In this document: positions 1 to 8,242 of the stretch, in pieces
How positions within the stretch are numbered: the stretch's first letter is position 1
Layout of the letters: every line of letters starts with the position of its first letter
DNA from: Minisyncoccia bacterium
Lineage (GTDB): Bacteria > Patescibacteriota > Minisyncoccia > Phycocordibacterales > UBA918
DNA length: 64,000 nt
NCBI GenBank assembly: GCA_046598345.1
Contig: JBKJIT010000004.1
Location: 329,226-393,225 of the forward strand
Direction: 5' to 3'
The notes under the pieces: generated by a model
Told to the model about the DNA's origin: nothing
Databases searched by the model: none
Seen by the model: the letters and a program-made list of their open reading frames with translations, nothing else
Program-made: the position numbers and the translations under genes

Positions 1-75
1 AGTAGCATCAATACCAAGCGCAGTCACAATGACCGCACCTACGACGACAAGCGTGAGTTTCCCCCATTTCTTCAT
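1..75 (-). CDS. Partial CDS (N-terminus only, continues off window): MKKWGKLTLVVVGAVIVTALGIDAT... signal/TM-like
   Basis: Reverse-strand ATG at 73-75 followed by hydrophobic segment. Not in ORF track because it is truncated by the window edge. Confidence 0.3.
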   Translation of the reverse strand, partial: MKKWGKLTLVVVGAVIVTALGIDAT

Positions 76-102
76 GCTTCCCATTATACGTGCACGCACA
101 AA

Positions 103-909
103 CTAAAGTGCATCTTCTACACATCGAAAGCCTACTCCCTGACTCCCGAACGACGTTTGCACTGATGCATTTACCGCGTAGAGACCTGCGTCTTTGCTAC
201 TGCCAAAAAAGCCACCTCGAATCATCCCAAAGACACCTTCTCCCTTTGACCACATGTAATCCTCGCCATAGAGTGCATTCGGATTGGTTTCTGAAGTAAT
301 GGCGACACCAGAGGCGTCAACGGATGTCACATATCCCTCAGGTGGAAGCGCTCGTTCCCGAAATGTGTTTCCATTTACTGATTCATCAACCCACTCCCAG
401 ACATTTCCAATAGCATCATGCACGCCGCTTGGTGCGATGCATTCTGGGGTGCCGGTCAATTGTTTTTCTGTATCATCAATTACACATGTTTCAGGAAGCG
501 TACCGAGTGCAAAACGGTACCATTCATCACTTGAAGGAAGCCGCTTCCCTGCGCCTGCACACAACCGCTGTGCCTGAGGGAGCGATACGAAACTCCACGG
601 GAATGCCTTTTCCCGTGAGGAAGCGAAACACTCCGGTGAAGTTGCGTTTTTTTCAGTTTCAATTAGGTTCGAAGGATTTGCGTGGGGACATTTTGATGAT
701 GGGCTAGCCTCGAATATATCTACACAGAGAAGTCTATCTCCTTCTTGTAAGGCAACCATACCCTCCATACATGCACCTGTAGCTTTACCCGCCAGGCCCA
801 CCAAGTCCCGATCAATGCCTCGGAGCGAGTCTGAAGCAAAAATACCCAGCGTTGATACAAGAACTGCACCAAAGACTACGAGAGCTCCTTTAAGAAGTTT
901 GCTCGACAT
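103..909 (-). CDS. Membrane-anchored FGE-sulfatase (SUMF1/EgtB/PvdO-like) domain protein
   Basis: N-terminal TM helix, then motifs GNVWEWV, RGGFFGS and C-terminal GFRCV typical of the formylglycine-generating-enzyme fold. Confidence 0.65.
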   Translation of the reverse strand: MSSKLLKGALVVFGAVLVSTLGIFASDSLRGIDRDLVGLAGKATGACMEGMVALQEGDRLLCVDIFEASPSSKCPHANPSNLIETEKNATSPECFASSREKAFPWSFVSLPQAQRLCAGAGKRLPSSDEWYRFALGTLPETCVIDDTEKQLTGTPECIAPSGVHDAIGNVWEWVDESVNGNTFRERALPPEGYVTSVDASGVAITSETNPNALYGEDYMWSKGEGVFGMIRGGFFGSSKDAGLYAVNASVQTSFGSQGVGFRCVEDAL

Positions 910-1288
910 ACGTTTTGCGTGCTCTTATAAAATCAAAGAAATAATTGAGCACGATAAGAACCGTGAGGATAAATAAAATTGAACTTAAAATATAGGTGGC
1001 GTAATCAGGCGTTCCCACGCCATAATCCCGAGCTTTTATTTCTCGCTCGCGAAGTGCTGCTTCTCGCTCTGCAAGAGTTCGTTCCCTAAGTGTAAGCTCT
1101 GCAGTGAGCTCGCTGAGCTCCGTTCTCTCCACTGCCGCAAAGACTCCAATGGTTTCTGCAAGATAGACAATACTGTCATCTGAAAGTTGTTTGGTGAGCG
1201 GGGATAGAATGCCACTTACAAAGACGAGCATGAGTGCTGTGGTAAGTGCACTTACACGAAGCATTTTATGATAGAAACTTCCACGCAT
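890..1288 (-). CDS. Hypothetical membrane protein with coiled-coil (ELTAELTLRERTLAEREAALRERE)
   Basis: ORF with N-terminal TM segment, heptad-like charged region and C-terminal TM. Overlaps the next gene by 20 nt. Confidence 0.45.
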   Translation of the reverse strand: MRGSFYHKMLRVSALTTALMLVFVSGILSPLTKQLSDDSIVYLAETIGVFAAVERTELSELTAELTLRERTLAEREAALREREIKARDYGVGTPDYATYILSSILFILTVLIVLNYFFDFIRARKTYVEQTS

Positions 1289-1306
1289 ACTCGTATGATA
1301 GGGTGA

Positions 1307-2371
1307 CTACGCAAAGAACACAAGAAGTACGAGGAGGAAGAGTACCAATACACCCATAAGCGCGACAAATACGAACGCAAATCTCGAAATGCCTACCTGT
1401 TTGCGATACCGACCAGTTGGGATTCTTCGGCCGCCTCCTGATCGCAGAATTGCTTGATTAATATAGTACCGTGTTAAGAAATATCCACCGACAATAATAA
1501 CGAGAAATGCGCCCAGGATCGGGAAGATTATTTTTGCTGGAAACACCCAGAACACAAGTGTTGCATCAATTGTTTTTTGACCATCTTCACCGTCATACCC
1601 CAGTGCGAGCACTGCTTCATACCGACCAAAGCCAATGCCCTCTTCGTCCCAATTGAATGCTAGATCACGAACCGTGCCAGGAAAAACTCCAGCCTGATTT
1701 TCATTTATTGTCTGTACGTATGCATCACCTCCAAACATGCTGGTAATTGTAAGTGGTCCTCGGGGTCGAACAAGGATGTTTCCTTGATTCTCAATTTTTG
1801 CAGTGAACGCTACGTGTTTTGAGCCATAAAAAAGTTTATCGGTGGAAAAAGAACGAATCCTTGCATTATCTACAACGTCTCCACTAATGCGAATGCTTAT
1901 AATAGACGCCACCTCATACCCAACACCCGCTCCCGTTTGTCGCAACTTTGGCGGTTCTGCAGAAACAAAAACTCCTCCAAAATGACTTCCAGGGGTTGCG
2001 TCCTCCGGCACCCGTATAGTGAGAAGAAATGAATATTCTTCTCCTGCTTTAACGGCAATCGGCTCTTCCTGAAGGTTAATCCAGCCCGACACTTCATATC
2101 CAGTTTTTTCTTCATTCTCTTCACTAAAGATCGGAACGCCTCCGTCACCAACCCCCTTAATATCACGCTTATAAAGATAAAATTCCTTATCTTCATCGCT
2201 AATATTCGTGATCTTAAGCTCCTCAGTAATAATTTCTCCTGGATTCGCTCTTTGCTCCACTGTTGCAGGGATAAGCTTAATACCAGCTTCCTGTGCACTC
2301 GCAAACTTTCCATGAAAACAGACGGAGACGACTACAACGAGCAAAAGTATAAGAGATCTACGCATACACAC
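1307..2371 (-). CDS. Secreted, C-terminally membrane-anchored hypothetical protein
   Basis: Signal peptide (LILLLVVVVSVCFHGKFASA), ~300 aa ectodomain, C-terminal TM (VFVALMGVLVLFLLVLLVFF). Strong hairpin terminator of the upstream gene lies just above. Confidence 0.6.
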   Translation of the reverse strand: MCMRRSLILLLVVVVSVCFHGKFASAQEAGIKLIPATVEQRANPGEIITEELKITNISDEDKEFYLYKRDIKGVGDGGVPIFSEENEEKTGYEVSGWINLQEEPIAVKAGEEYSFLLTIRVPEDATPGSHFGGVFVSAEPPKLRQTGAGVGYEVASIISIRISGDVVDNARIRSFSTDKLFYGSKHVAFTAKIENQGNILVRPRGPLTITSMFGGDAYVQTINENQAGVFPGTVRDLAFNWDEEGIGFGRYEAVLALGYDGEDGQKTIDATLVFWVFPAKIIFPILGAFLVIIVGGYFLTRYYINQAILRSGGGRRIPTGRYRKQVGISRFAFVFVALMGVLVLFLLVLLVFFA

Positions 2372-2445
2372 AATTAAAATATCGTATCATTAGTATAATG
2401 GTTACTCTAGTAAGTGTATGTACATAAACTAACGAGTCTTCAGCT

Positions 2446-2485
2446 ACGCACAAAAAAACTTCCTCTGGGAAGTTTTTTTGTGCGT
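2446..2485 (-). terminator. Rho-independent terminator hairpin (18-bp perfect stem, A7/T7 arms)
   Basis: acgcacaaaaaaacttcc-tctg-ggaagtttttttgtgcgt, directly downstream of the stop of the 2495-3604 gene. Confidence 0.6.
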
Positions 2486-2494
2486 GAATTTGAT

Positions 2495-3604
2495 TTAGAA
2501 GGTAGGTGTAGCAATGTAGGTTAGCGTAGTGTTGTAGTCATCACCCGCTTCCTGGAGTGCTGTTATTTCTACTTGGTAACCAATACTTGCTCTACCTATT
2601 CCATCTGTAGTTCCATCAGAAGGTCCAGTGTGACCCATGATAACTACTGGAGTGGTACTCGCAGCTACCCATTGGTCACTTCCAAATTCTAGTGTTCTCG
2701 GAGTATCAGTGTCTGACGACGTCAAACCCCAATGACCCCACGTGTTTTCATTACTTACGTTATTTGTTGGTGCAGCCCATGCTGTAGGTGTAACAGTGTA
2801 GTTGCCATCAACAAATCCATCAATATCTGCACCTGTTGAAGAAAGAAGATTTTGATCTTGCTCAACAGTCACTGCGTATCCATGGATTGCGTTTGTCGAA
2901 ACTGTTAAGTCCTGACAAAGAGTTTTTGGAACACCTGAGTTAAGCGTACCAAATGGCAATGTTGCGTTTGTAGAAGGACCGAATGTAGCATCTGCTCCGT
3001 TACATATTGCTCCCGTTGTGGTTCCATTTACTGTGAAAGTAAATGTAGTGTTGACGTTAGCGGTAACAAGCACGTTGTCAATAATTGCTACTCGGAACTG
3101 TCCAGAGTCCGCGGCCCCAGCAGTCACCGTAAATTCATATGATGTAGTTGCTGTAGGATTTGTAACGCGGTTAACACCTGGACCGTCTGCATTTGTTCCA
3201 ATCTTGATAGTTGCGGTTGCTAGTGCTCCAAGTGATTCACCAGAACCTGATAGCAATCTAAGCTCCTGACCTACAATAGTGAAACCCCATTGTGCTGCTG
3301 CAGGCGCACCTGCAACTAGAGTCTCATCTACACCACCGATTTCGAAATCAACATCACCAACAGCTACTGAGCTTGTACTGATGTTGAAACCATTAGGAAA
3401 TGTCACCGTAATCGTTGCGTTCGCCCCAACACCTGTTGGTGAAAGGAACTCTATCGCATGATTCGATAAAGATCCTGGGGCTGAGTCTGAGAGGGTGTCT
3501 TTAATGTAAGTGAGGTTTGCTGCCTCAGCTACAGTAAACATGTGTGCACCAACTGCCCAGAGTGCAAGCGCTATTGCAAGTAGGGTCGCGATCCCGCGTT
3601 GCAT
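2495..3604 (-). CDS. Secreted Thr/Asn/Gly-rich cell-surface protein (hypothetical)
   Basis: Long ORF. Likely start at MQRGIATLLAIALALWAVGAHMFTVAEA (signal peptide); the ORF-track start at 3676 is probably an upstream extension. Beta-rich low-complexity composition. Confidence 0.55.
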   Translation of the reverse strand: MQRGIATLLAIALALWAVGAHMFTVAEAANLTYIKDTLSDSAPGSLSNHAIEFLSPTGVGANATITVTFPNGFNISTSSVAVGDVDFEIGGVDETLVAGAPAAAQWGFTIVGQELRLLSGSGESLGALATATIKIGTNADGPGVNRVTNPTATTSYEFTVTAGAADSGQFRVAIIDNVLVTANVNTTFTFTVNGTTTGAICNGADATFGPSTNATLPFGTLNSGVPKTLCQDLTVSTNAIHGYAVTVEQDQNLLSSTGADIDGFVDGNYTVTPTAWAAPTNNVSNENTWGHWGLTSSDTDTPRTLEFGSDQWVAASTTPVVIMGHTGPSDGTTDGIGRASIGYQVEITALQEAGDDYNTTLTYIATPTF

Positions 3605-3912
3605 AGTAACTTGCCGTGTATGTACGTACATGTACTTTGTATTAAATTGGTAAAAAACTTTACGTGTGCCCATCACAACGTATTCTCGATCGAAGAAAGT
3701 CTGTGGAGAAATGTTTCCTTAAGTCGTACCAAAAAATGATACAGCCGTTTTACTTAAGGTCACATTGGTGACTTTTACTCCTCGATCGACCTCTTATAGT
3801 ATATCGTCCTATTACTCCGAGTGTCTCAAAAGATATGTTGATAACTCTAGTGATTTCGGATACGTTCTATTTCACTACAAATAAGCTTTGAAAGACAGAC
3901 AAGGACATGTCT

Positions 3913-5145
3913 TTAAATGGCTTTAACAACGGCAATCTCATTCCACTTTGTTGTATATTCCTTTGATTTAAGCCGCTTGCTGGATTCCCACTTATGAGTT
4001 TCTTGCACAACTCCTGGTCGAATGGTGCCACCACCAAATCGCTCATTGAGTTGATCAAGGACTGTATAAATCCCACTCCCATCCTTTTCAAAGAGGCTAC
4101 GTGAGGCAAGCGATTTTGGAAGAATACCACTTACGACTATTCCCGCTTTCTTATATGGAACCTCAGAGTCATAGATCTCACGAAGAAGTCGAAGGGCTTC
4201 TTTGAGAAGAACAGCAGTATCGTCAGTCCCGGTCACGAGGACGCTTTGCGCTCGCCCTTTTTTTAAGAAAAAATCACCAAATCTATTCGGGAGGGCGAGT
4301 ATCGAAAGTCTTGTTGCTATCATGTTTCGCTCGCGCAGTTTCTCCCCTACGTGCGCAACATGATACCCGAGCGCGCTCTCCAAGACTGACAATTCCTTAG
4401 TTTCCTTGGCAAAAGACCTGGTACTTGCAATACTCTCGTGTTCAGAAGGTGGCTGCTCTCCCGGCGCACTCACTGAAGTGCCGGTAAGCTCGAGATATAG
4501 ACGCTCCCCAACCACCCCAAATGTATTCTTTAGGAATCCCCTATCCTTTGAAAGAAGATCCGCGAGTGTGTAAATCTTGAACTGATTTAGCTTGGCAGTC
4601 ATACGCCGTCCAATTCCCCAGATACTTCCACAGGGGATTTCTGCTGCCATTCCTACTAATTTTTTTGCGTCAAGTGTATATGTGCCTGTACCTTTTTTGG
4701 CGTAGTTATTTGCGATTTTTGCAATCGTTTTAGTCTGACTAAGACCAATGGACACTGGGATTCCGGTTTTTTGGATAATTCGTTTGCGTATTGCGACAAT
4801 TTCTTCTTCCTTCATGTACGAAGGTATCTGAACGAAGGCTTCGTCAATCGAATATACTTCCACAACTTCGAATTCTTCCTCTAGCGCCTCCATCACCCGT
4901 CTTGACATATCACGGTAGAGAGCGAAGTTAGATGAAAAGACATGGACCCCATGCTTCTCTACTACATCTTTAAATTCAAAATAGGGTGCCCCCATGGGAA
5001 TTCCCAGATCTTTAACCTCCTGGGTACGTGCAATAAAACAGCCGTCATTAGAAGAAAGAACGGTGACGGGCTTCCCTAGAAGATCAGGTCTAAAAAGCCG
5101 CTCGCAGGAGGCAAAGAAATTGTTGCAGTCCATAAGTCCAATCAT
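3913..5145 (-). CDS. umuC: Y-family DNA polymerase, UmuC-like (Pol V catalytic subunit homolog)
   Basis: MDCNNFFASCERLFRPDL, LSSNDGCFIAR, VFSSNFALYRDMS and SIDEAF match E. coli UmuC almost motif-for-motif. 410 aa. Confidence 0.85.
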   Translation of the reverse strand: MIGLMDCNNFFASCERLFRPDLLGKPVTVLSSNDGCFIARTQEVKDLGIPMGAPYFEFKDVVEKHGVHVFSSNFALYRDMSRRVMEALEEEFEVVEVYSIDEAFVQIPSYMKEEEIVAIRKRIIQKTGIPVSIGLSQTKTIAKIANNYAKKGTGTYTLDAKKLVGMAAEIPCGSIWGIGRRMTAKLNQFKIYTLADLLSKDRGFLKNTFGVVGERLYLELTGTSVSAPGEQPPSEHESIASTRSFAKETKELSVLESALGYHVAHVGEKLRERNMIATRLSILALPNRFGDFFLKKGRAQSVLVTGTDDTAVLLKEALRLLREIYDSEVPYKKAGIVVSGILPKSLASRSLFEKDGSGIYTVLDQLNERFGGGTIRPGVVQETHKWESSKRLKSKEYTTKWNEIAVVKAI

Positions 5146-5164
5146 GGACCCAGTATATCAATAC

Positions 5165-5236
5165 AATTCCACTTTCACTTCCACTCTCACTTCCACCTTC
5201 ACTTCCACTTTCACTTTCACTTTCACTTTCACTCTT
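5165..5236. repeat. Hexanucleotide microsatellite (CACTTY/CACYTY)x12, i.e. (GTGRAA)n on the minus strand
   Basis: ttccactttcacttccactctcacttccaccttcacttccactttcactttcactttcactttcactc, about 20 bp upstream of the umuC start codon. Confidence 0.8.
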
Positions 5237-5263
5237 AATTCAACACCACACAAACGCCATTTT

Positions 5264-5294
5264 CACATGGCCGACATCGTAAATCGGCCATGTG
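5264..5294 (+). repeat. REP-like palindrome copy A (cacATGGCCGAcatcgtaaaTCGGCCATgtg)
   Basis: 11-bp stem / 9-nt loop. One of 4 copies of the same 25-31 bp palindrome within 1.4 kb. Confidence 0.8.
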
Positions 5295-5960
5295 AGTTAT
5301 ACTATTGCTATGGATCTTTACCATGTGCTAAATCGCGGAGTGGACAAACGAACTATCTTTATGGATACACAAGACTATGCACGTTTTGTACACGATATGT
5401 TTGAATTTAATTCAACCCGACCAGCAAACCACACATATCGTACCAAAATGGCCGACATCGTAAATCGGCCATTTGAAAAACTTGTTGACATACACGGGTG
5501 GTGCCTGATGCATAATCACTATCACCTACTCTTAAGCGAACGATTCCCAGGAGGTCTGACACTATTTATTCGAAAACTGAATGTCGGGTACGCAAAATAC
5601 TTTAATGAACGATACCAAAGAAGTGGCACGCTTTTCCAGGGTCGGACTAAAAAGGTACTCATTGATAATGATGCATATTTTTTACATATTCTCAATTATA
5701 TTCACTTTAATGTCCTCGACACCCTAGGGTCTGCATCAGAATGGAGAAACAGAAAAATTATGGATACTGAAGTGGCACTTGTTTTACTTAAGGAGTTTAG
5801 GTGGAGTAGTTATAAAGATTACATAGGGATTAAAAACTTTCCTTCAATACTTACCACTCAGTTATTCCAAGAGGTATTTAATAACAATTATGAAAAACAA
5901 GTTACAGATTATCTAGCTGATATAAGTAGCCATAAAATACAGCATCTTTTACTTGAATAA
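5292..5960 (+). CDS. REP-associated tyrosine transposase (RAYT) / IS200-like Y1 HUH transposase
   Basis: YHVLNRGVDKRTIF (beta1), HNHYHLLL (HUH), LFQGR, YIHFNVL and C-terminal RWSSYKDY (RAYT Trp-Ser-Ser-Tyr hallmark). Starts at GTG 5292, or alternatively ATG 5310. Contains an in-frame REP copy (MADIVNRP). Confidence 0.7.
   Translation: MSYTIAMDLYHVLNRGVDKRTIFMDTQDYARFVHDMFEFNSTRPANHTYRTKMADIVNRPFEKLVDIHGWCLMHNHYHLLLSERFPGGLTLFIRKLNVGYAKYFNERYQRSGTLFQGRTKKVLIDNDAYFLHILNYIHFNVLDTLGSASEWRNRKIMDTEVALVLLKEFRWSSYKDYIGIKNFPSILTTQLFQEVFNNNYEKQVTDYLADISSHKIQHLLLE
5446..5474 (+). repeat. REP-like palindrome copy B (aaATGGCCGAcatcgtaaaTCGGCCATtt), inside the RAYT coding sequence
   Basis: Identical core to copy A. 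Translated in frame as KMADIVNRPF. Confidence 0.8.
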
Positions 5961-5993
5961 ATGATTTAAATAGCTTTCTGTGTGGGTTAACAG

Positions 5994-6018
5994 TATTGAA
6001 CCCATGGCCGACTTACGA
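5994..6018 (-). repeat. REP-like palindrome copy C (inverted orientation, ATGGCCGACttacgatGTCGGCCAT)
   Basis: Reverse complement of copy A with one mismatch. Lies between the RAYT stop and the ITPase stop. Confidence 0.8.
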
Positions 6019-6028
6019 TGTCGGCCAT

Positions 6029-6610
6029 TTACTTGAGGGAAATACAGCAAAATGATCCTTTCAAACGCTCAAAAAAGGATTTTAGTTCTGCAAGTGGTCG
6101 CATTGTCATGTAGTTCTTCTGATAGTCCTCCTCACTGAGTTCCGAACGGCGAACTGTATACTCCTCTGGAATGAAGATTCTATCAAAGCCAAATCCGAGT
6201 CCACTTTCGGGAGCAGGTGTTTCAGCAATCAGACCTTCGATCTTCCCTTCAAAGAATTTGGCCTCTTGACCATCAAAATATCCAAATACGCAGCGGCCGA
6301 CAGCGTTCCGACTCTGTCCATCAATCATCCGACAGATGGTCTCAAATGGTACTCGATCAACGAAAAAGCGGATGAATGGACCCGGGAGACCATTCAGAGC
6401 CTCAAATTCAAGTGACACATCCTCGACGAGCACCGGCCCTTTTACTTTTTCATACGCCTGCCTCACTTTATGCTCCACAATTTCCTTAAGATCAAGCGAC
6501 TGAATTTCGTCGAGATCATGCTTTTCGTGTCGCACCGGATAACCCAGGTACTTTGCTAGGTAATCTGCTTTCCCCTGATTCCCCGTAATAAAAGTAATTT
6601 CCTTTTTCAT
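6029..6610 (-). CDS. Non-canonical purine NTP pyrophosphatase (RdgB/Ham1 ITPase family)
   Basis: ITFITGNQGK, VLVEDVSLEFEALNGLPGPF and GFGFDRIFIP align with E. coli RdgB motifs (ATGNxGK, DDSGL..PG, GFGYDPIF). Confidence 0.85.
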   Translation of the reverse strand: MKKEITFITGNQGKADYLAKYLGYPVRHEKHDLDEIQSLDLKEIVEHKVRQAYEKVKGPVLVEDVSLEFEALNGLPGPFIRFFVDRVPFETICRMIDGQSRNAVGRCVFGYFDGQEAKFFEGKIEGLIAETPAPESGLGFGFDRIFIPEEYTVRRSELSEEDYQKNYMTMRPLAELKSFFERLKGSFCCISLK

Positions 6611-6643
6611 GAGGCAATTTTATACTAAATCGTAATAGTCAAT

Positions 6644-6668
6644 ATGGCCGACTTACGATGTCGGCCAT
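6644..6668 (-). repeat. REP-like palindrome copy D (inverted orientation, identical to copy C)
   Basis: atggccgacttacgatgtcggccat, between the ITPase start and the cupin gene stop. Confidence 0.8.
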
Positions 6669-6672
6669 CAAG

Positions 6673-7083
6673 CTATTCGGTGGTTTTGCCGTCGAAATGT
6701 TCTTCTATTTCGTCGGCTTTGGTGTGTTCAACGAGACCATCCTTATGTTCTGGCGGAGAATAAATGGTATACAACTTTAGGTCAGTTTTACCTGTATTTA
6801 TAATGTTATGGCGAGTTCCTGCAGGGATAACAACGGCAAAGTCAGCATCAAGTTGGTGCTCGATGCCATCTAGAATAGCTACCGCATTTCCTTCTTCCAC
6901 ACGAATGAACTGATCATGACCCTCATGTACTTCTTCGCCTATTTCATCCCCTGGTGCTACTGACATCAACACAAGCTGGCTATTTTTACCTGTGTAGAGC
7001 ACCCGTCGGTAGTCGGTATTTGCAAGCGTTTCCTTCTCTATATCTAAATTATATCCTTTCATACCAGCATTATAGCAAATCAA
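6673..7083 (-). CDS. Cupin-fold protein
   Basis: Cupin motif 1 G(x)5HEGHDQFIRVEEG and motif 2 PAGTRHNIIN. The true start may be MKGYNL at 7062. Confidence 0.6.
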   Translation of the reverse strand: MICYNAGMKGYNLDIEKETLANTDYRRVLYTGKNSQLVLMSVAPGDEIGEEVHEGHDQFIRVEEGNAVAILDGIEHQLDADFAVVIPAGTRHNIINTGKTDLKLYTIYSPPEHKDGLVEHTKADEIEEHFDGKTTE

Positions 7084-7158
7084 TTATTTACTTAAGAAAA
7101 AAGACGTCGCTTGTGCGACGTCTTGGACACCTCTCTGAGGTGGGTGTCCTAACCTATT

Positions 7159-7683
7159 TTACCGGTACTCCCACACCGGCCCGTCCAAGCTCCAGTCTTT
7201 TGGAAGACCTACCGCTGCAATGCCATACTGGCCACGCTGCGATTTCTTCCAAAGCCGAAGCTCCCCGTACCGGAACCGAAGTGTTAGTTGCCTGATCTGG
7301 TTGTTTTTCACGAACCTGATCAATGCAATTTCCACCCCCCACTGGTCCTCGTCGAGCAAATCGAGATGCTCCTCGGGACTCTTAACGATGGGTGGCGGCT
7401 CTTCGGTGGGTGGTCCGTAGGCGTAGTACTCGCTGCCGTTGGAGTTGAGCCTGAGGGTGATGCCGCCGAACATGATCTTCGGTCGGTACATCACCTCCTG
7501 CAAATTACCCCAAACTCCGAAGAGGTAGTAGAGAATTGCTTCTCTCCACCGATTTTCTTCGTAGTTTTGCCGACCGCTCACTTGAATCCCTTTTGACAAA
7601 GCGTGCATATGTCCTCCTTCAAGGACGCTTCGTGGATACCACACTACCGGCCAATCCGATAAGTGAATCACGAAGGTGCGCAT
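7159..7683 (-). CDS. Hypothetical protein (174 aa), no recognised domain
   Basis: Intact ORF between the cupin and umuD-like genes, in the same orientation. Confidence 0.45.
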   Translation of the reverse strand: MRTFVIHLSDWPVVWYPRSVLEGGHMHALSKGIQVSGRQNYEENRWREAILYYLFGVWGNLQEVMYRPKIMFGGITLRLNSNGSEYYAYGPPTEEPPPIVKSPEEHLDLLDEDQWGVEIALIRFVKNNQIRQLTLRFRYGELRLWKKSQRGQYGIAAVGLPKDWSLDGPVWEYR

Positions 7684-7801
7684 CTCTGCGGCAACAGAAG
7701 AAATGCCTAAGAAAACATCCCTTCTGATGACGCAGAAATAATCTTTTTAATTATACTCCTAATTCCTGTTTTGTCAAGTATATACTTACGAAGTTAGGGC
7801 G

Positions 7802-8239
7802 TTATACAAAGGAGCGAACTGACCCGACTACCACCCCCCATATAAAACAATCATCGTTATTACTCACCTCAATCGGCTCATAGTGCTCATTTTCTGAAGC
7901 AAGTACGTGGCTCCCGTTTACTAACCGTAGTCGCTTTACTACCATTTCACCGTAAACTGCAGCAACCACAATAGAGCCATCCTTTGGATTAAGTGAACGA
8001 TCCACCACAAGCACATCGCCAGAAAATATTCCTGCCCCAGTCATAGAATCCCCCTCCACACGCACAAAAAAAGTCGATGCGGGGTTTTTCACAACAAGAT
8101 CATTCACATCAAGCACCTTTTCAATAAGATCATCGCCTGGCGCCGGAAATCCTGCAGCGGGACGTGAGCTATAGAGGGGTAATGGCTGTTTTTCTTCCCC
8201 TACAGCACCTAGAAAAATTGCATGCGTTTTTATTGTCAT
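7802..8239 (-). CDS. umuD: UmuD-like S24 peptidase (LexA C-terminal fold)
   Basis: AAGFPAPGDDLIEKVLDVNDLVVKNPASTFFVRVEGDSM...GDVLVVDRS...VAAVYGEMVVKRL parallels E. coli UmuD (CGFPSPAADY...ATYFVKASGDSM...). Confidence 0.8.
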   Translation of the reverse strand: MTIKTHAIFLGAVGEEKQPLPLYSSRPAAGFPAPGDDLIEKVLDVNDLVVKNPASTFFVRVEGDSMTGAGIFSGDVLVVDRSLNPKDGSIVVAAVYGEMVVKRLRLVNGSHVLASENEHYEPIEVSNNDDCFIWGVVVGSVRSFV

Positions 8240-8242
8240 GTT

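Larger units (their letters stand above)
5264..6018 (+). mobile_element. REP-RAYT unit (REPtron-like): RAYT gene bracketed by inverted REP palindromes
   Basis: REP copies A/B (direct) upstream of or inside the RAYT ORF and copy C (inverted) 34 bp after its stop. Confidence 0.55.

Noticed and set aside
1897-2313. 138-aa minus-strand ORF
   Set aside because: It is an alternative frame fully inside the 1307-2371 secreted-protein gene. Lys/Arg-rich translation is typical of an out-of-frame artefact.
4994-5404. 136-aa plus-strand ORF with low-complexity STFTSTLTSTFTSTFTFTFTFTL segment
   Set aside because: It is a translation of the hexanucleotide microsatellite and of REP copy A (FHMADIVNRP), and it overlaps the umuC start. 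It is a repeat artefact, not a gene.
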